Assembly (NCBI GenBank): GCA_900088475.1
Contig: FLMG01001718.1
Coordinates: forward strand, 1 to 62,270
DNA from: Hyphochytrium catenoides
Taxonomy: Eukaryota > Protista > Hyphochytriomycota
DNA length: 62,270 nt
Direction of reading: 5' to 3'
Shown: piece after piece, positions 1 through 14,000 of the stretch
Numbering within the stretch: the first letter of the stretch is position 1
Layout: each line of letters begins with the position of its first letter
Notes under the pieces: model-generated
Told to the model about the DNA's origin: nothing
Databases searched by the model: none
What the model saw: only the letters and a program-made list of their open reading frames with translations
Program-made: the position numbers and the translations under genes

Positions 1-36
1 GGGGGGGAACCGGAGGAGAGGCACAAACAACAGAGG

Positions 37-109
37 GAGAGAGAGACAGAGAGAGAGACAGAGAGAGAGAAAGAGAGAGAGACAGAGAGAGAGAGACAGA
101 GAGAGAGAG
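37..109. repeat. (GA)n/(GAGACA)n microsatellite
   Basis: Directly visible imperfect GA dinucleotide tract. Confidence 0.9.
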
Positions 110-1010
110 CAAGCATGCGAAGAATGGAGCTACCCACAACCATCTCACAACTTTCTCCCTCTCTGGATGATGGACCATTGCTCAGCCACCAGGTATGTAA
201 CGGACATCACAGAGCCTAAAGGGGGCGCCTTCTCGTCCGTTACGGCACTTCAAGCTCAGCAGCCACCCAGCCGCGCAGGGCAGTGGGCCAGGGGCCGAGC
301 TGGAGCACCGGTGCGGCTCCTGCTTCTAGGAGAGGGAACTCTGTACATCTCAGCCCGCTGCCCGCCTTCCGGCATGCTCACTGATTGTTGATGCATGCTA
401 GAACTCCTCCTCCATGATGATGACTATGATGATGTCGATCCAGCACCAAGAAGGAAGGACTAAGACAGCAAAGTGCGATTGGAGTGCGGTGACCGGCAGT
501 CGATAGGGCGGACTGATAAGCGGGGTGAAGGAGGCGATCAGTAGTCCGAACGCGAACGGAGGATATTGGGCGTGAAGAAGAAAGCTACTGCGAATGTGGC
601 CCCGTATTCCGCGGCCTAAAGAGGCAAGGTGTCCACATCCTTGCCCTGCCGGGAGTTGCATCTAGCGGCGATAACAACGTGGCGTTACAAAGTAGGCTGG
701 CTGTAGATAGATAGTCAGGGATGTGGTCCTTTTATGACTTGAGTATCTCAAGTATTGCGCCAGGGTGCTGCCTACTAGTAGCTGCTCCTCGCACCGTCCA
801 TTCTTTCCTCTCATGCTTTCTTCTCTTGCTTCCCCTTTTATCTGTTCAATCTCTCTCTCGCTCTCCCTACATGCAAGTCTATCTGCCTTACTTGCCTGTC
901 TTCTCTGGTCAGTCATCCATCCTCTCCCACTTCTTTTTTCCTGCTCTCACACTTTCTTTCAGTCTTGAAGCTCTATTCTAAGTGTGTCTTCCTGACAGAT
1001 CTCCATATTC

Positions 1011-2315
1011 TTAGGCAGACTTTAGATTATACTTAAGCTCTCCGAGTCTGTCGGCGCCCATTATCAGCGCAGACGTCTCGTAGTCGATATAGATACAAAG
1101 CAGAGTTAAGCCCAGAGAGGCCGAAGATGGGAGAAAGGTGCCTGGACGCAAAAGCCCGTACTGATAGAGGCTTAGGGTCCACAGGGTCATTGAGATGATG
1201 CTGAATATGAGAGACAAAAGGTACTGAGAACGCTTCTTAGGCCCGCAAACGCGAGAAGGAAGGCCAGTCCAGCCCGTGAGACAGAGCCTACGTTCGTTCG
1301 TAGAGCACAAAAGCAGGGGAGGACGCGGCATGACGGTGAGAGAGGATCTCACCTGATGACAACTTATAATGAGCACAGGCAACTTGAAACGAGGAGAAGC
1401 AGAGAGAAAGGACAGGTCTAGGCAGCCACAGCCAGAGAGGAAGCAGAGAGCAGCCATATGCAAAAAGAAAGAGTCAGTAGGAACAACAACAATGAAAAGA
1501 ACGATAGACGAGGTGAGGAAAAAGCAGGAGATAAGGACGCAGCACCATCCACGTCGTCGGTCGCTTACCCTGGCAGGAGGAAGCTGAAGGACATGAATCC
1601 CAACACGACATCAAAAGTCAGAGAATCCACTGCAGGACCGGAGAACTCTGAGGAGGTGAACTCCACGTGCTACACAGCGCAATAGAGGCGGAAACGTAGT
1701 GAGATGAGAAGGTTATGGAGCCGCGAACGTTAAAGAAGAAGCTAGATCAGCGAGATAGCAGCGGCTGAAGAGCGTTCCCGATGGGAGATGTGGGGCAAGA
1801 GTAGCTCGTCTAGCACGTGGCGGGACTTATGGGGGCAAGAGGGGAGGCGCTCATAATGCAGCGGGTGAGCTGTAGACCCTATAGTCCAAGCACATAGCCC
1901 CTAACCCCCCAGCTGCAGGCGCTTGCATACAGTCTCTTCACTGTGACTAACAGTAGAAGAAGAAACTAATGAATAAATATAGCAAGAACTTAGCGGCAGC
2001 GGACAAGCGCCGGTCAAGGCTGCTGATGACAGGGTCCGTCCGTCACGAGCAGGCTCGCCTTAGGGTTAAAGATCCAGCCAGGCTACTTATGTGTACCTTA
2101 TTGAAAGCAACCAGAAGCGGGAGAATGGCGATAAAGACGACGAGCCCTCCAAAAATAGCTTTCCAGAGTCTGGAAGATCTGTCTGCATCCCTTCGAAGCT
2201 CATTGATCAGCTGTTCCTGTTCTTCTGTGTCAAGGTATTCTGGAGGCTCAGAACTTGTTCGAGAGCTTTTTAACGTCTCCTCCCCATTCTCTTTACCCGT
2301 GGCTCTCTTTCTCAT
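1011..2315 (-). CDS. Conserved uncharacterised small multi-pass membrane protein (3 exons)
   Basis: Three exons join in frame at GT-AG sites: MRKRATG...YLDTEEQEQLINELR...LLVAFNK / HVEFTSS...FLLPG / LCLTGW...YIDYETSALIMGADRLGELKYNLKSA*. The N-terminal YLDxEEQE and C-terminal L..LKY..KxA pattern resembles an uncharacterised eukaryotic family (from recall). Confidence 0.7.
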
Positions 2316-3169
2316 GGCGGGCTCTAATTGGGAGCGATGGCCACTCTAGCAGACTCTCACCAGCAGCGGGAAGAGCAGTTTGCCTTCCACAGAATTAAAC
2401 ACCCAGACGCTAGGGTGTGCAATCAACAGAGAGAGACAGGGCCAAAAGTCAGCCTTGTCCCCTACCCGCCCTTCACGTCCACATGGAGGAGAGACAGTAT
2501 AGCTAGGCCTGGGGCCAAAGTGCAACGAGCAAGAAATCTGGAAATCTTCAGCCGTAAGCTTGAGATCGTCTGCATTGCATTTTGGAGCTTCCTCAGCATT
2601 GCTGCCCAACTTCAAGCATCACGCTGTCGAAACGAATGGCCTCTGCCCGAAGCTAACTACACACTCGAACTAATCTAAAGCCTATAACTGGAGTAGCAGT
2701 CAGAAACTATCGGTGTTGTCTTCAGTTAAATCCTAAAGTAAGAGTAGCCTTACCGAATTTTAAGAGCGCCATGTCTTTTTCTTACTACAGAAAATCTTAT
2801 AAATAATTGGCAACCGCCACGCCTAACACAAGGAGTCCGACGGCGCAAGAGTGAGTCAACAGGGAGGGACAGTAGGCAAACAGGTGTAGGAAGAGGCGGG
2901 AAGATGGCATGCCAGGTATATGATCGAGTTGTTTATTAGAATCGCTATACAGCTATCGCTACTGGTCGTCGTACTTATAGGAGAAACTCTCGGAAGCGTC
3001 TCCTGGAAGTGCAATGTCAAGAGACAAAAGTGCTAAAAAAAAATGGAAGAAGGTATGCTTTGCATGGTGCCGTGCAGAGCGCTGGAGAGGGAAAGAAGAG
3101 GGATGGAGAGCTAAAGAATAGAGAGATATAAAGAAAGAGTCTGCTCAGAGGTGCGCGAGGTCAGGCAGC

Positions 3170-4706
3170 TCAGCAACAACCTCCCCTATTCTGGCTGTTA
3201 TATCCATGGGCAGCATCGAGGCGTGGGGCATCCCGACGCTTAGGGACAGTGTTTGTCAGTAGCTCTGGCTTCTCAAGAATCTTCATTACGATCTCGTTGA
3301 AAACCTAGTTGTCCAAAGCACATGAGAAAGGGGTTAAATGGGGAAAATAGCAGAAAAGAAGACAAGAAGATAGATGAAAGGTAAAGCCTTAGCTGGTTTG
3401 CTTGAATGAGACTTCGACAAGTCACCAAGCGTGGAACCAAAAGACGACGTGAACAGAACATGTCCATGGCGAGGAAGGAAGAGGCGGGAGAAGGAGAAAA
3501 GAACTGGGGAAGAAGAAGAGAAAAAAGAAGACTCTGGGCGAAGAGCCCTGACTCAGCTCAAGAGAGAGGAAGATTGGAAACTTGAGAAGGAAAGACAAGA
3601 AAGAGGTTGAGCGACAGAGAGCACACTGCGGGCGTTTGACGAAGGAGTTACCTGCTGGATGCCGACTCGGGTCTTGGCGCTGCTCTCCAAAAACAGCATT
3701 CCTTTAGACCGGGCCCAGGCATCCGCCTCCTTCCTGCTGACGGCCCTCTCTTTATCAATTTTATTCCCAACAAGTAGCTTAACGACGTCCTTCCCGCCTG
3801 TAGGGCTGTACACTTCTACCTCTTCCAGCCAAAGATCCAGATTTTCAAACGTCTCTCGCCTTGAAACGTCGTATACTGCCCGATAGAAGCACAAGGCGCA
3901 GGCGATCATCAGCATGAGTTGCATGTGAGAGCCGCGGAACGAAAAGGGATACGCACTTAAACGACAACACAAAGGATCGAAGCTCATAGTTGGACAGGCA
4001 TCCACACTTGCACTCTAATAGATAGACTCTAATCTAGACGTAGGGCCAGCGGGCTGGGTGCCGAGAGACTGTGGGTATAGAATCAATAGTAGGGAAAGAT
4101 CTGACCTTGAGATAAAAAGAAAGCTGCCAAAAGAAGTGGAAGGAGCAAATAAGAGCCACAACGGAATTGTATCTTATCAGGCTTCTTAATATCCCTTACC
4201 TAGGACAATGCCTTGGGCTCCTCGGTAGTAGGAACTCGTAAGCGTCCTGAACCTTTCTTGCCCAGCTATAAAAGAGAAAGGCACGTCGTTAGGCTTAACT
4301 AAGGGCTCTCATTTCCTTCGATTATTATAGACTAAGCAAGGGTAGACACCTTCCTTACCTGTATCCCAAATGGTCATCTTCACCCGCTTATTGTCCACCG
4401 TCAGCATTTTTACCTTGAAATCAACACCTATAGTGCGATGGTTTAGATAAACTTCAAAGAAAAGAGTGTGGGAGGTCTGTGAATCGTCAACGCTTACCTA
4501 TCGTGCTCTGTAGATGATCATCGAAAGCATCCTCAGTAAACCTTAAGAGCATACTACAAGGAGGAGATCGGAGTTTATCAGGGTCCGCCCGATGCACAGA
4601 ACTCGTAAAGTCTCATTCTCTCAAGGTACCTGCTCTTCCCGACCCCAGCATCACCAACCAGGAGTAGCTTGAATAGGTGGTCATAGGAATCTGTTTCTTC
4701 CTCCAT
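3170..4706 (-). CDS. RAB18: Rab18 (RabC) small GTPase, 6 exons
   Basis: The spliced product has [58 protein letters not shown] and a C-terminal GGCC prenylation motif. All introns are GT-AG. Confidence 0.93.
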
Positions 4707-5276
4707 CGTGACAGCGTTCTCCCTCCGAATGACCGCTGCTACCACCTCGAAAGGCAATGACTCACTATACTACTAGTCCCACCCAAATTTTCAATAACGA
4801 GCTTCCGCGATCTTTGCACTGCGAAGACGGCCCAACTGTTGACTTTGTGGGCACTGATCTTCTATGTCTGGGCGGGCGAAGTCTCAACTTTCTGACAACA
4901 GAGACGACTTTCGCAATAATCCGCAGCCCAAGTTCTCGATAAAGCCCAAAAATACACTTTCCGCGTGTGTTCCTGCGAAGGGAACCGCAGAATCACCTGC
5001 CAAATAATCCATTTTTCATAATTTGGCATTTTAGTATTGACTGCATCCGTAGACAAGGGTATTACACTGGGGCCTATGGACATCATGAACAAAATTACCA
5101 TCCAGACTACGAATTCTGACAAGCTTTGGCTTGTATTGGGGTCTAAACTGCTAAATATGTGTGTGAAAAATGCTTTGTTTAATTGAGAAAGAACTGGGAA
5201 AGGTTCGAGTGGTCCGTTAGCGGTCGCTATTGGAAAGAGAAGAGTGATCCTCATTCCGTGTACAAGGACGTTCTCA

Positions 5277-5280
<4 letters not shown>

Positions 5281-5315
<35 letters not shown>
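5281..5315. repeat. (CT)n microsatellite
   Basis: Perfect CT run. Confidence 0.95.
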
Positions 5316-5320
<5 letters not shown>

Positions 5321-6040
5321 TCTCACGTGGTATCTATCTCCCACGTCTCTGAAAGGATATCTCTTCTCTCTTCTATCATCTTATTTTTCCTCTACCTCTC
5401 CCTGATCTCTAACTATCTGGGTATCGGTGTGCCTACTCGGCCTACTCTCTTCGTTCCTTCGCTTTCTCTTCTCCTCTCTCATCCAGTCCTCGCCCCTTCT
5501 TCCCTCTTCCTGATTGTTTTCCTTTCATTTTCTTCTTCAAGCTTTTTATCTCATATCGCCTCCCCACTCTTGAACATCATCGAGTGAGCATTATGTCGCT
5601 TCAGCTGTGGGTCACTTCTCATAACAACTCAACGCTCACTGACGAACTGGCGCTGGCGGCCTTAGAGGGCCAGCCAGCCAGCAAGAAGAGGGATCTAGAG
5701 CTTAAAGATGGAGAGAAGGGATAGGCCTCTTCGCTGTGAGAGAGAATAGGTCCTATCGCGCTACTTCCTGAAGGTTACGCCCTCTTCTTCTCCCTGATCC
5801 GGCCGCCCATCGTCCATCCCCCAAGGGAAATTGCCCCCAAGTGGCTGAATCTCACTGCCTGTCGACTGCAGGTGAACCTCAAGTGGGCTAGGCTCCGTCC
5901 TGACTCTCTTTCTCTCTTTAATGGTTCTATCGCGTCTGCAATGCATTTCTCAAGCCTTGAAAACGGAGGGACGTGATCCTCCAGCACTTATTCATCACTG
6001 CTCTCTCTCGTGGCTTGAGAATCTGTCTTCTGTCTCTCTC

Positions 6041-9000
6041 TCAGTCCAGGAAGAAGGCCATGCTGTACTCGAACGAGCTCATTGACTAGGAGGCAGACTC
6101 ATTGGTATAGAGAGAATTAGACCAGACAGAAGTAACGAAGAGCGGCAAACCACCATCGCGAATGACAGAGAAAGACAAAGAAAGCGCAAGTACCAAGTGT
6201 GTCGAGGACATTGAAGACAAGCAAAGCCATCGCAAATTTCTGTTATTAGTCGCTACAGAGAAAACCGCCGACCCTACGTCTAACCTAACAAAAGCTATCT
6301 GCCCCAGGCTTCTACTCGGTCAGTTGAGGTACCTCACTCTTCACGGAGAGTGAAGGAGAAGAGAGAGAAGAGAGACCTGTGGTCCTCCCTATGACATTCA
6401 AAACTCTAAGTAGAATAGAGAGCTCTCCAGGGATAAAGTCCGTTTGCGCCGAGGCTGATGCTAGCTGCGGATCTTCACTATTTTGCGCGGGCTTGGAGGT
6501 TAGCGAGGCGAGCAAGCCACGGCTTCGAGGAAAGGCAACCAGCTTGGTCTCGTCTCTCTCCTTTCCTAGCAGGGCTGCTGCTTCCCCATGCGCCGTCACG
6601 AGGCCACCAAGAGAGTCAACTAGACCCAGCTCCTTTGCCATAGATCCAGGATATATGCGCCCTATATTGTCATCAAAAAGTCACGATGACAGTAGAAAGA
6701 TAGTCAAGATAACAAGCTCACAACTGGAGAGGCAGTAGTGGTGCAGATACAGATGTGGCCGTCGCAAACAAGCCATTAGAAGAAGTCGAAGAGAGGGAAG
6801 AGAGACTGCAACAGGCGGAGAAAGCAAGCTGCTGGTAGAGGAAGAAGATGGCCGTGAACCTTTAGCGATATCTTGCACTGTCTCGATAGGAATCTTTCTT
6901 CCCTCTGCGACTCTCTCGGTAAAGAGCTTGTACACATCATCCAAGAACTGCAAGAGGCAGATATCGTTGGCGTAAGTATGAGAGGAGAAGTAGAGAGGAT
7001 GAGATGTGAAAAGGGACACAAAGGGAGCGAGGGAGGAGCAAAGGGAAAGAGAAGGAGAAGGAAAAAAGCAAGAAGCCAGAACACCAAGCTCCAAGGTATC
7101 AGGATTCTGGAAGTCTTGCCTTGTCCAGGATCTCCTTGTCCTTCTCTCCATATCCATCAGTGTACGAGAAGAAAGAGTCATTCTCTGCGGTGTGGACTTC
7201 ATCGAAAGTGATTCCCAGTCGCTCAAACAGACGCCGCATCTGGAACTTTCCGGCAATCACTCCGATTGACCCCGTGATGGTAAGCGGATTGGCTACTATC
7301 TTCTTAGCATTAAGGGCCATATAATAGCCGCCAGAACCTGCGACGTTGGCCATGGAGACTACTACTGGCTTCTCACTGCGCGCCATCTGTGGATAAAGCG
7401 GTTAGGGCCATAGAAAAACAGAGTCAGGCGTGTATATAGGATAATAGGTGATACAGACAAGCAGCCCTAGTGGCAAGCTTCTACCCACCTCATGAGCCAT
7501 TAGCTCAGAAGCTACAGCGGAGCCTCCAGGACTATCTACCCTGACTATTATAGCAGAAATCTTTGGATCCTTATTGGCAGCCTTTATGGCAGCGCAGAAG
7601 GTATCAGAGCCAAGGGTGGACCATTCTCCCTTGTAAGCATCAAAGGAGCTTTTGCCTACACGTGATGCAAGGGATAAGGAAGAAAATTGGGAGGCGTTGT
7701 TCAAAGAAAGAGCCGAAGTTGGGGGCATAAAATGACCTCAATAAACGGTAACCGGAGAGAGCAAGCCATGATATCAACCAGCGATTTCACCTGTAGCTAC
7801 GCCTCCTATCATCGTGATCAAGGCAATTTCCTTCTGCTGCTCCCAGAAGCGGAGCTTCTTAGCCCAGGGTTTGGAGGAAGATGGGGATGAAGAGGAAGCA
7901 ATCTTCTTCTTGTACTCTCGAAGGAACAGAAGGTTCACTTTCTCTTTTTTGGTTCCTTTATCGTCAGCAATTCTGCCTTTGGCTTGATCAAGGACCTCAT
8001 CGTAAAACTTGATACCGTCGAGAAGTTTCTCCTGAAGAGCGGACGAGCCATCGTGGGGTGCCTTCTCAATCAGCTCCTCTACCTTAGCGACAGGGAGTCC
8101 TCGGCTGCCACTGATGTCTAAAGATCAGGACGTCCAAAGAGCATAAGGACGTCCCAGAGGACAAGGACAGCATCATCAATGTCACTGTCTGATGGAATTG
8201 AGGGGTATAAGAGAGAACTATAAGAAGGTACAGGATATATAACTGCGGGATCGGAGGACTCGGGACGACCAGGATTGCCAAGAAGTAAGACAGAAAGAAA
8301 GAAGTGAACGCCAACGGAGTTCATAGCAGCGCAGGGGTGAATGAGAGTTAGAAGGATGGCAAAACCTTGAATCAGCTGATCTTTCATCGCGTTAACCAGC
8401 GCTTCTGTAGCCTCTCTATGGGCTTCAGTGTACTTCTTTTCGGCAAAGAAGTTCTTATAGTTCTTGTACTCCTTTCTATGGTCCAACAGAGGCTCAACAT
8501 CCAACTTCTCTAGGAGTGAGCGAAGGAAGGGGCTCCTAGCCCTCAGGCCTGTTATCTGCGGGAATAGAATGCAACATTGTGAGAACAAGGCAGAAGTGAT
8601 GAATAAGACGGAGAATAAGGAGGGTTGAGAGTGATAGCAAAGATGTAGAGGAGCTTGCCAAATCGCTGGAGAGGAAGGTAAGGAGGCACTAGACAACGAA
8701 GAGAAGTGTTAATGCCTCAGGGAGAGATCAGGACAATGCTTGAGAGGGAGCTGATTCCAATATAGTAAAGCTAACGTGTGTGACACAAAAGTGTAGGAAG
8801 GAATAAGAGGCGTGGCTGTTTACAGCCACGGCCCGAGGAACTTGATGGCAGAAGACAGCTCACATTCAGGAATCCTGCTGCTGACATGTAGACTTGCTGC
8901 AGGCACAAGAAAGGAGTCAGTAAACTTTCACCAAGATCTGAGGCCCTAAGCTTCTCGTCTGGGCAGAACACTCTCACTGCCCCTTGTGCAGCATTTCCCT

Positions 9001-9796
9001 CCTATTTCTCTCTTCCATCCTCCACTGTCAGCCGTTAGTCACTCGCAGATGCTCACATCAAAAGCAGACGCTAGCCAGTACACTTCAGTGCCCATATCGA
9101 ACTCTCCAAAGGTGTCCGCATAGCAGAAAGTGGGCTTCTTTGAGGTTTTCTTGAAGTTCAGGATGGCTGCCCGGACTTCCTGCATATCACCCATGCGCGC
9201 CAGAGAAAGGGAAGGGTTCTTTCCCACTTTGGCTATCAATCCTACTACTTGATCATCTTTGGCGGAGCTACAGTCACAGCAGCATGAACGAATAGACACG
9301 GGGAGAGAGCGACATGTAGGGTTAGAGATGTGGAAGAGTAAGGGTAAACTTAGGCTGGAAAAAGCCATAGAAAAGAAGGGCAGCAGCCCACAAAAGCATG
9401 TAGGATTGAGCGTGAAGCACCGCGACTGACCGCTCCAGAGTTGAAATTAGGTCATGAATCGTCCAGAACTTGCCCCACTTCAGCTAGAACAGTGGCAAAG
9501 GTAGCAAGCGTTAGCAGCCGATGTCAAGCGATGCATTAGGCTAGGAACTCATTTCGAGGATCACAAACCTTGGCCACCAGGTCGCCGTGAGGCAAAGGAT
9601 CTAGGAAACGAGTCGTAAGGTCAATCTCTAGTATGGTGTTGTTCTTTACGCGATTCTTGTAGTTGGAGAGCCCCCGGCGAGCTTTCATGAAGACCAGCGT
9701 GGCCGCTCCAGCCGCGAGGAAGGGGTGATCCTCGCAGAACTGTCCAGCGCTGCTCAAAGCCTTTGCTAGCTCATTCATGGCGGAAGATGCCACCAT
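6041..9796 (-). CDS. sppA: Signal peptide peptidase SppA (protease IV, peptidase S49, long two-domain type), probably organellar; about 11 exons
   Basis: Motifs include YWLASAFD, HRKEYKN (catalytic Lys region), IIVRVDSPGGSAVASE, KPVVVSMANVAGSGGYY (catalytic Ser), TITGSIGV, AKGRIYPG and GLVDSLGGL. The 3' end is either the unspliced stop at 6312 or a spliced terminal exon ending at 6041 (SMSSFEYSMAFFLD*). Confidence 0.9.
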
Positions 9797-11041
9797 TCTG
9801 TCTTGATAGACCGCGTTGAGAGAGATGACCCTGGGAGAGGTGCGGGCAGGAGGGAGCTGACGATGGCAGCAACAGGTGGCGGATGTGAGGCTTGTTCACT
9901 TGCTTGGAAGCTAGGAAAGTGAGGATGACTTGTGCCTTCTGATCAAAGGGTAGCCAAGGCTCTTTGTGTCTCTCTCGCTCTGTTCTTTCTGAGCGAAGCT
10001 ACTATGAAGATGTTAGTAAGGAAGCTGTCAGACTCAGCTAGAGCCGCAAAACGGCAGGGATTCTGGTGATGGACCCACCCGCTGTCTAACATAAGGGCCA
10101 ACACTCTTGACTCTTGACCAGCACGGACATACATGGGTGACCCAGGTCTACTAGAAACCACAAAAGGACAATAGGGCAGCTTCTGTATACGGGCGTATTA
10201 ATCAGATTTTATAATCTACGAGAATCCTGAATAGAGGAAAAAAAGAGACATGCTTTACCCTTCCTGAATAACTAATAAGTTGAAAGTGGAACTTGTGGGT
10301 GCGTAGAACTACTCTGCACCAGAATTCCTTCCAGCTCTCTTATTCCCAAGAGTTCTTACTCGTACAAGTACTTGTAGGAGAGTTGGTTGACAGTTGATAG
10401 ATGGATAGTTGATAGGACCATCACTCTGATTAGGAGGATTTATCAGGGAAGGAATCAAGCTGAAGATTCTAACTGTAGTCTGCTGTAAGAGATAATCAGT
10501 AATTGTGATGCTGGTAACTAACACCTTGATGTCATCCGTTTTACATGTACTGTACCGGCTTCTTTGAAGTATACGACGGACAGCTCCAGAATAATCTTTC
10601 TTCGCGTCTCGTTATAAGGAATATACATAAAAAATTTCCTAATAATGTACTCATGTGCATTTGTGTACAGTAAAATGATAATCAAGTTGATGATGTCTGA
10701 CAAGGCAGAGACAGAGTCGAGACAGAGAGAGCCAAACTAGGAGAAATAGAGATTGAGAGAGATTAAGAATAGGTTTCCACTAGATGAATGACAGATGAGA
10801 AATAGCCAACGAGGTGCCAGACAGAGCTCCGAAGAGAGCGCCAAGTAAAGGAGTTTGCTGGGCAGCCGCGGCAAATGCCGATGACAGATCTTCAGAACTG
10901 GATCTTCGTCTACTGCATCCAAGGTCAGCCACTTCCTGGAGAGAAAGACGGAGGCTGGGTTAGCTAGAGGAGGAAGCGCAGGTTATCCAATAAGAGGGAA
11001 GAAGGGCTTGGAAGCAGGCGTAGCAGCTGCTAGGCCCAACC

Positions 11042-14000
11042 ATGGCATCAACGTGCTGTGGCGCCGACTATAAGAGATGTTGCTGTGCATACCCTGAGAA
11101 GGTAAGATGATGAGAAGAGCCACTGAAAACGATGAGTGAGACTCAGAAGCCTGACTCACTGCCTTCTTCTTTTGCTAGGTAACTTTGAAGACAACGGAAA
11201 GAAGTAAGGGGGAGGATGGAGAGGAGTCGCTTCTTCTGACCTGGGGCGATGGGCACAGTTGTCATTTCAATAGCTTTTTCCTTAGAGTTGAGTGCACCTG
11301 TGACCGCTGCCAGCACTCTTCAGGGCAGAAAATGATCAGTTTTCCGTCTCTCCCTGAAGATTTGCATCCTTCGTTAAGCAGTGTTGATGGTACTCTCCAG
11401 TCTCTCCTACATCTCTTCTCTCGTTCTTCTTTCTCTATGGCCATGGTGTGTGCCAGTTCTCTGACTCTCTTCCATATAGTAAAGCCCCTCTGCATGTCTA
11501 TCAGACCACGTTACTCTCTCTTCCTCCACGTCGCTACCTGTGCAACCCGTCTGGGTAGATACCCTCCTTTGCCTCCGCGGTGTGGCTTGATTCTCCCACG
11601 CCCTTACTCTACCGTTAGCTCATACATCAATCACATTCCTGGTTCGCATGCTCATGTGCTTCTGCTCCTCCTTCTCTCGTTCTTCGCTTCTTACGTTATC
11701 TCCATTCCTACCCTCGCGCTTCTCCCGACCGCATTTCTGATTTCTCTTTAATTGTCTCGCGATCTCTCTCTCTCTCTCGCTATCCTATTTACCTATCTTC
11801 TCGTCGTGACGGCCGTCCAATTCTTCGGATAGAGTCCCAACGGCAGCTTACAGTTCAGTGGTCTGACGGCCATGTCAGTACCTTCAAAAGTAATTGGCTG
11901 AGAGCGAACTGCTGTTGTCCTGAGACAATGAAGACTCTTGCAGCAGAGTATAGACCACCGGTGAGAGGCAGAAAGAGCCAGAACCAAACCTGAGAGTTGG
12001 AAGAGAGAGGTAGTTGAAGAGGACACAGGGTTTCCTTCCGCTCGTAATAGGAGAGCGTGATAAGGGAAGGGTCCTTCTCAGGCTCATCTTGTTCCTTCTC
12101 GCTCTAAGATCAAAAGGTACCTAACGTCCTGTTGGCCTTCTATGCTTTTCTCTCTCCTTCCCCGTCATTGGTCTCTCCGCAGCCGTTTACTAGCACCTGC
12201 TCGGTCCCTAGCGTGCAGTACAAGGACATAATGGAAGAAGGCGACACTGTGCACCTCTATCGCTGGCTCTTTCACCTTCAAGAGTCGGGTTCGTAATACG
12301 TTGTCCCTGTCCTCCTTTTTCTTTCCTGACGCCTCCTTCAGTACCTGCTCTGCCTTGTAAGTTCTGTCAGTGTGAGCTTTCGTCCTCATACTGTCCCTAT
12401 ACCTTGCGTACCTTTCTCATCTCAGCTCAGTATTATTCTTGGGTGGATCCCTCAGTGATCTTCTTGCTACTGAGTGCTGTCAAGCTGGCTCCTTGCACCC
12501 ACTTAGCGCTGTAATAAATGTGCACGTCCTAGGTCTCTGCGTGGTGAAGAATGTGCCTTGTGAGCTTGGACAGGTCCGGAAGGTGGCTGAGAGGATCTCT
12601 AAGATATCCCACACGTAAGAAACTCTACCCTGTTCCCTTGGTTTCTATTACCACCTCCCGGCTTCTCGCCTCTTCGTCCCCGTGTCTTCCTCTCTCACTT
12701 GTGATTTCTTCCCTTCCTTCATCTGTTGCTTAGTTTACCCTATATACCTTATCTCTCTCGTCTCGTCGGTCCTTCCCTTGTTATTAAATGTAAGTGACAC
12801 GATCTTAACCATTCTATCTCCGTTCCTCTGGCTTTATCTCTTCCTAGCGTGTTGTACGGCGACATATTTGACGTGGTAAACGAGCCGCAACCGGTGAGAC
12901 CGTTGACAGAATAGCGAGAGATAGAAGAAAAATTGAAGCGAGAAAGAGGGCGAGAGGGGAGAGGAGAAAGCGTTCCTCGTCCGTCTTTCAATGCTCTCTC
13001 TACACTTGCTCGAGTCAGTCTCTCTCTCTCAGATCTGGCTATATAGCTACTTCGGACAACACCGCTTGTCATCCTCATCGCTTAGTTTTCTTGCCTTGGA
13101 TAATCTTAGCCGCGCTCTAACTATGTTGTCCCATCTCTCTCCCTCTCTCTCTTGCTTATCTGGGGGCTCTTGATTCATACAAGATCAACATTGCGTACAC
13201 TGGAGAAGCGCTGAGTCTCCATCAAGATCTTCCCTACTATGAATCTCCGCCCGGCTTGCAGCTCCTTCACTGTGTCCGGTTTGACAAAGAAGTTGAGGTG
13301 AGATCTTTAGGTCAATCTCAGAACATCGCTTTCTTGCTGGCTTCTGAAGTTAAACGTTGCGCTATCTTTAAGCCTTTCTTCCTGTGCGAGTTGTCTCCCA
13401 CACTTTCCCTATGTTAGTTTCCTGCGTCCTAGTTACCTTGGAGCGACGTTGTATGTCTCTTTTGCATCCTCTATTATCTCCTTCGTTTAAACCTTGCCCT
13501 CTCTTTCTTCTCTTTGACCTTTTGACCTTTTCTTCTCGTTTCCCGCTAAGAGTCTTTTCTCTCTCTGCCTCTCCCTCTCTCTCTGTGTCTCTCTCTCGCT
13601 CTCACACACTCTTCTGTTCTTTTTGACTGTGCATTTCTGTCATCTGTTGCTTAGGGCGGGGAATCAACCTTCCTGGACACCTTCGCGGCTGTCGCCAAAT
13701 TGAGAGAGGAGGATCCCAAAGCTTTTGAGGTGTGTGGGTCCCTTCAGCCTTGTAGCTGCTAGCCCCTTGCCAATGTGAACTCTATGGTCTAACCTTTGCG
13801 CCTGATGGTATCGTTCCTGGTCGCCTTGTTCTGTTGATGACCAGGATCTGACTCGCATCCCTGGCACTTTCCGGAAGATTCACTGGAAAAGGAAAGTCCC
13901 TGCGGTCATCGAGTATCAAAGACCACACATTCAACTCAATCACCTTGGCGAGGTGAGAGAAAACCCTATTCATAATGCGCGCTCTAGCTCTCAGTGCTGA

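Noticed and set aside
120-660. Possible first exon(s) of a minus-strand gene leaving the left edge
   Set aside because: Several frames and donors are possible, and none gives a recognisable protein.
11106-11153. C/D-box snoRNA-like motifs (ATGATGA...CTGA...CTGA) in dioxygenase intron 1
   Set aside because: It is only about 48 nt with no terminal stem, and the last CTGAC is better explained as the branch point.
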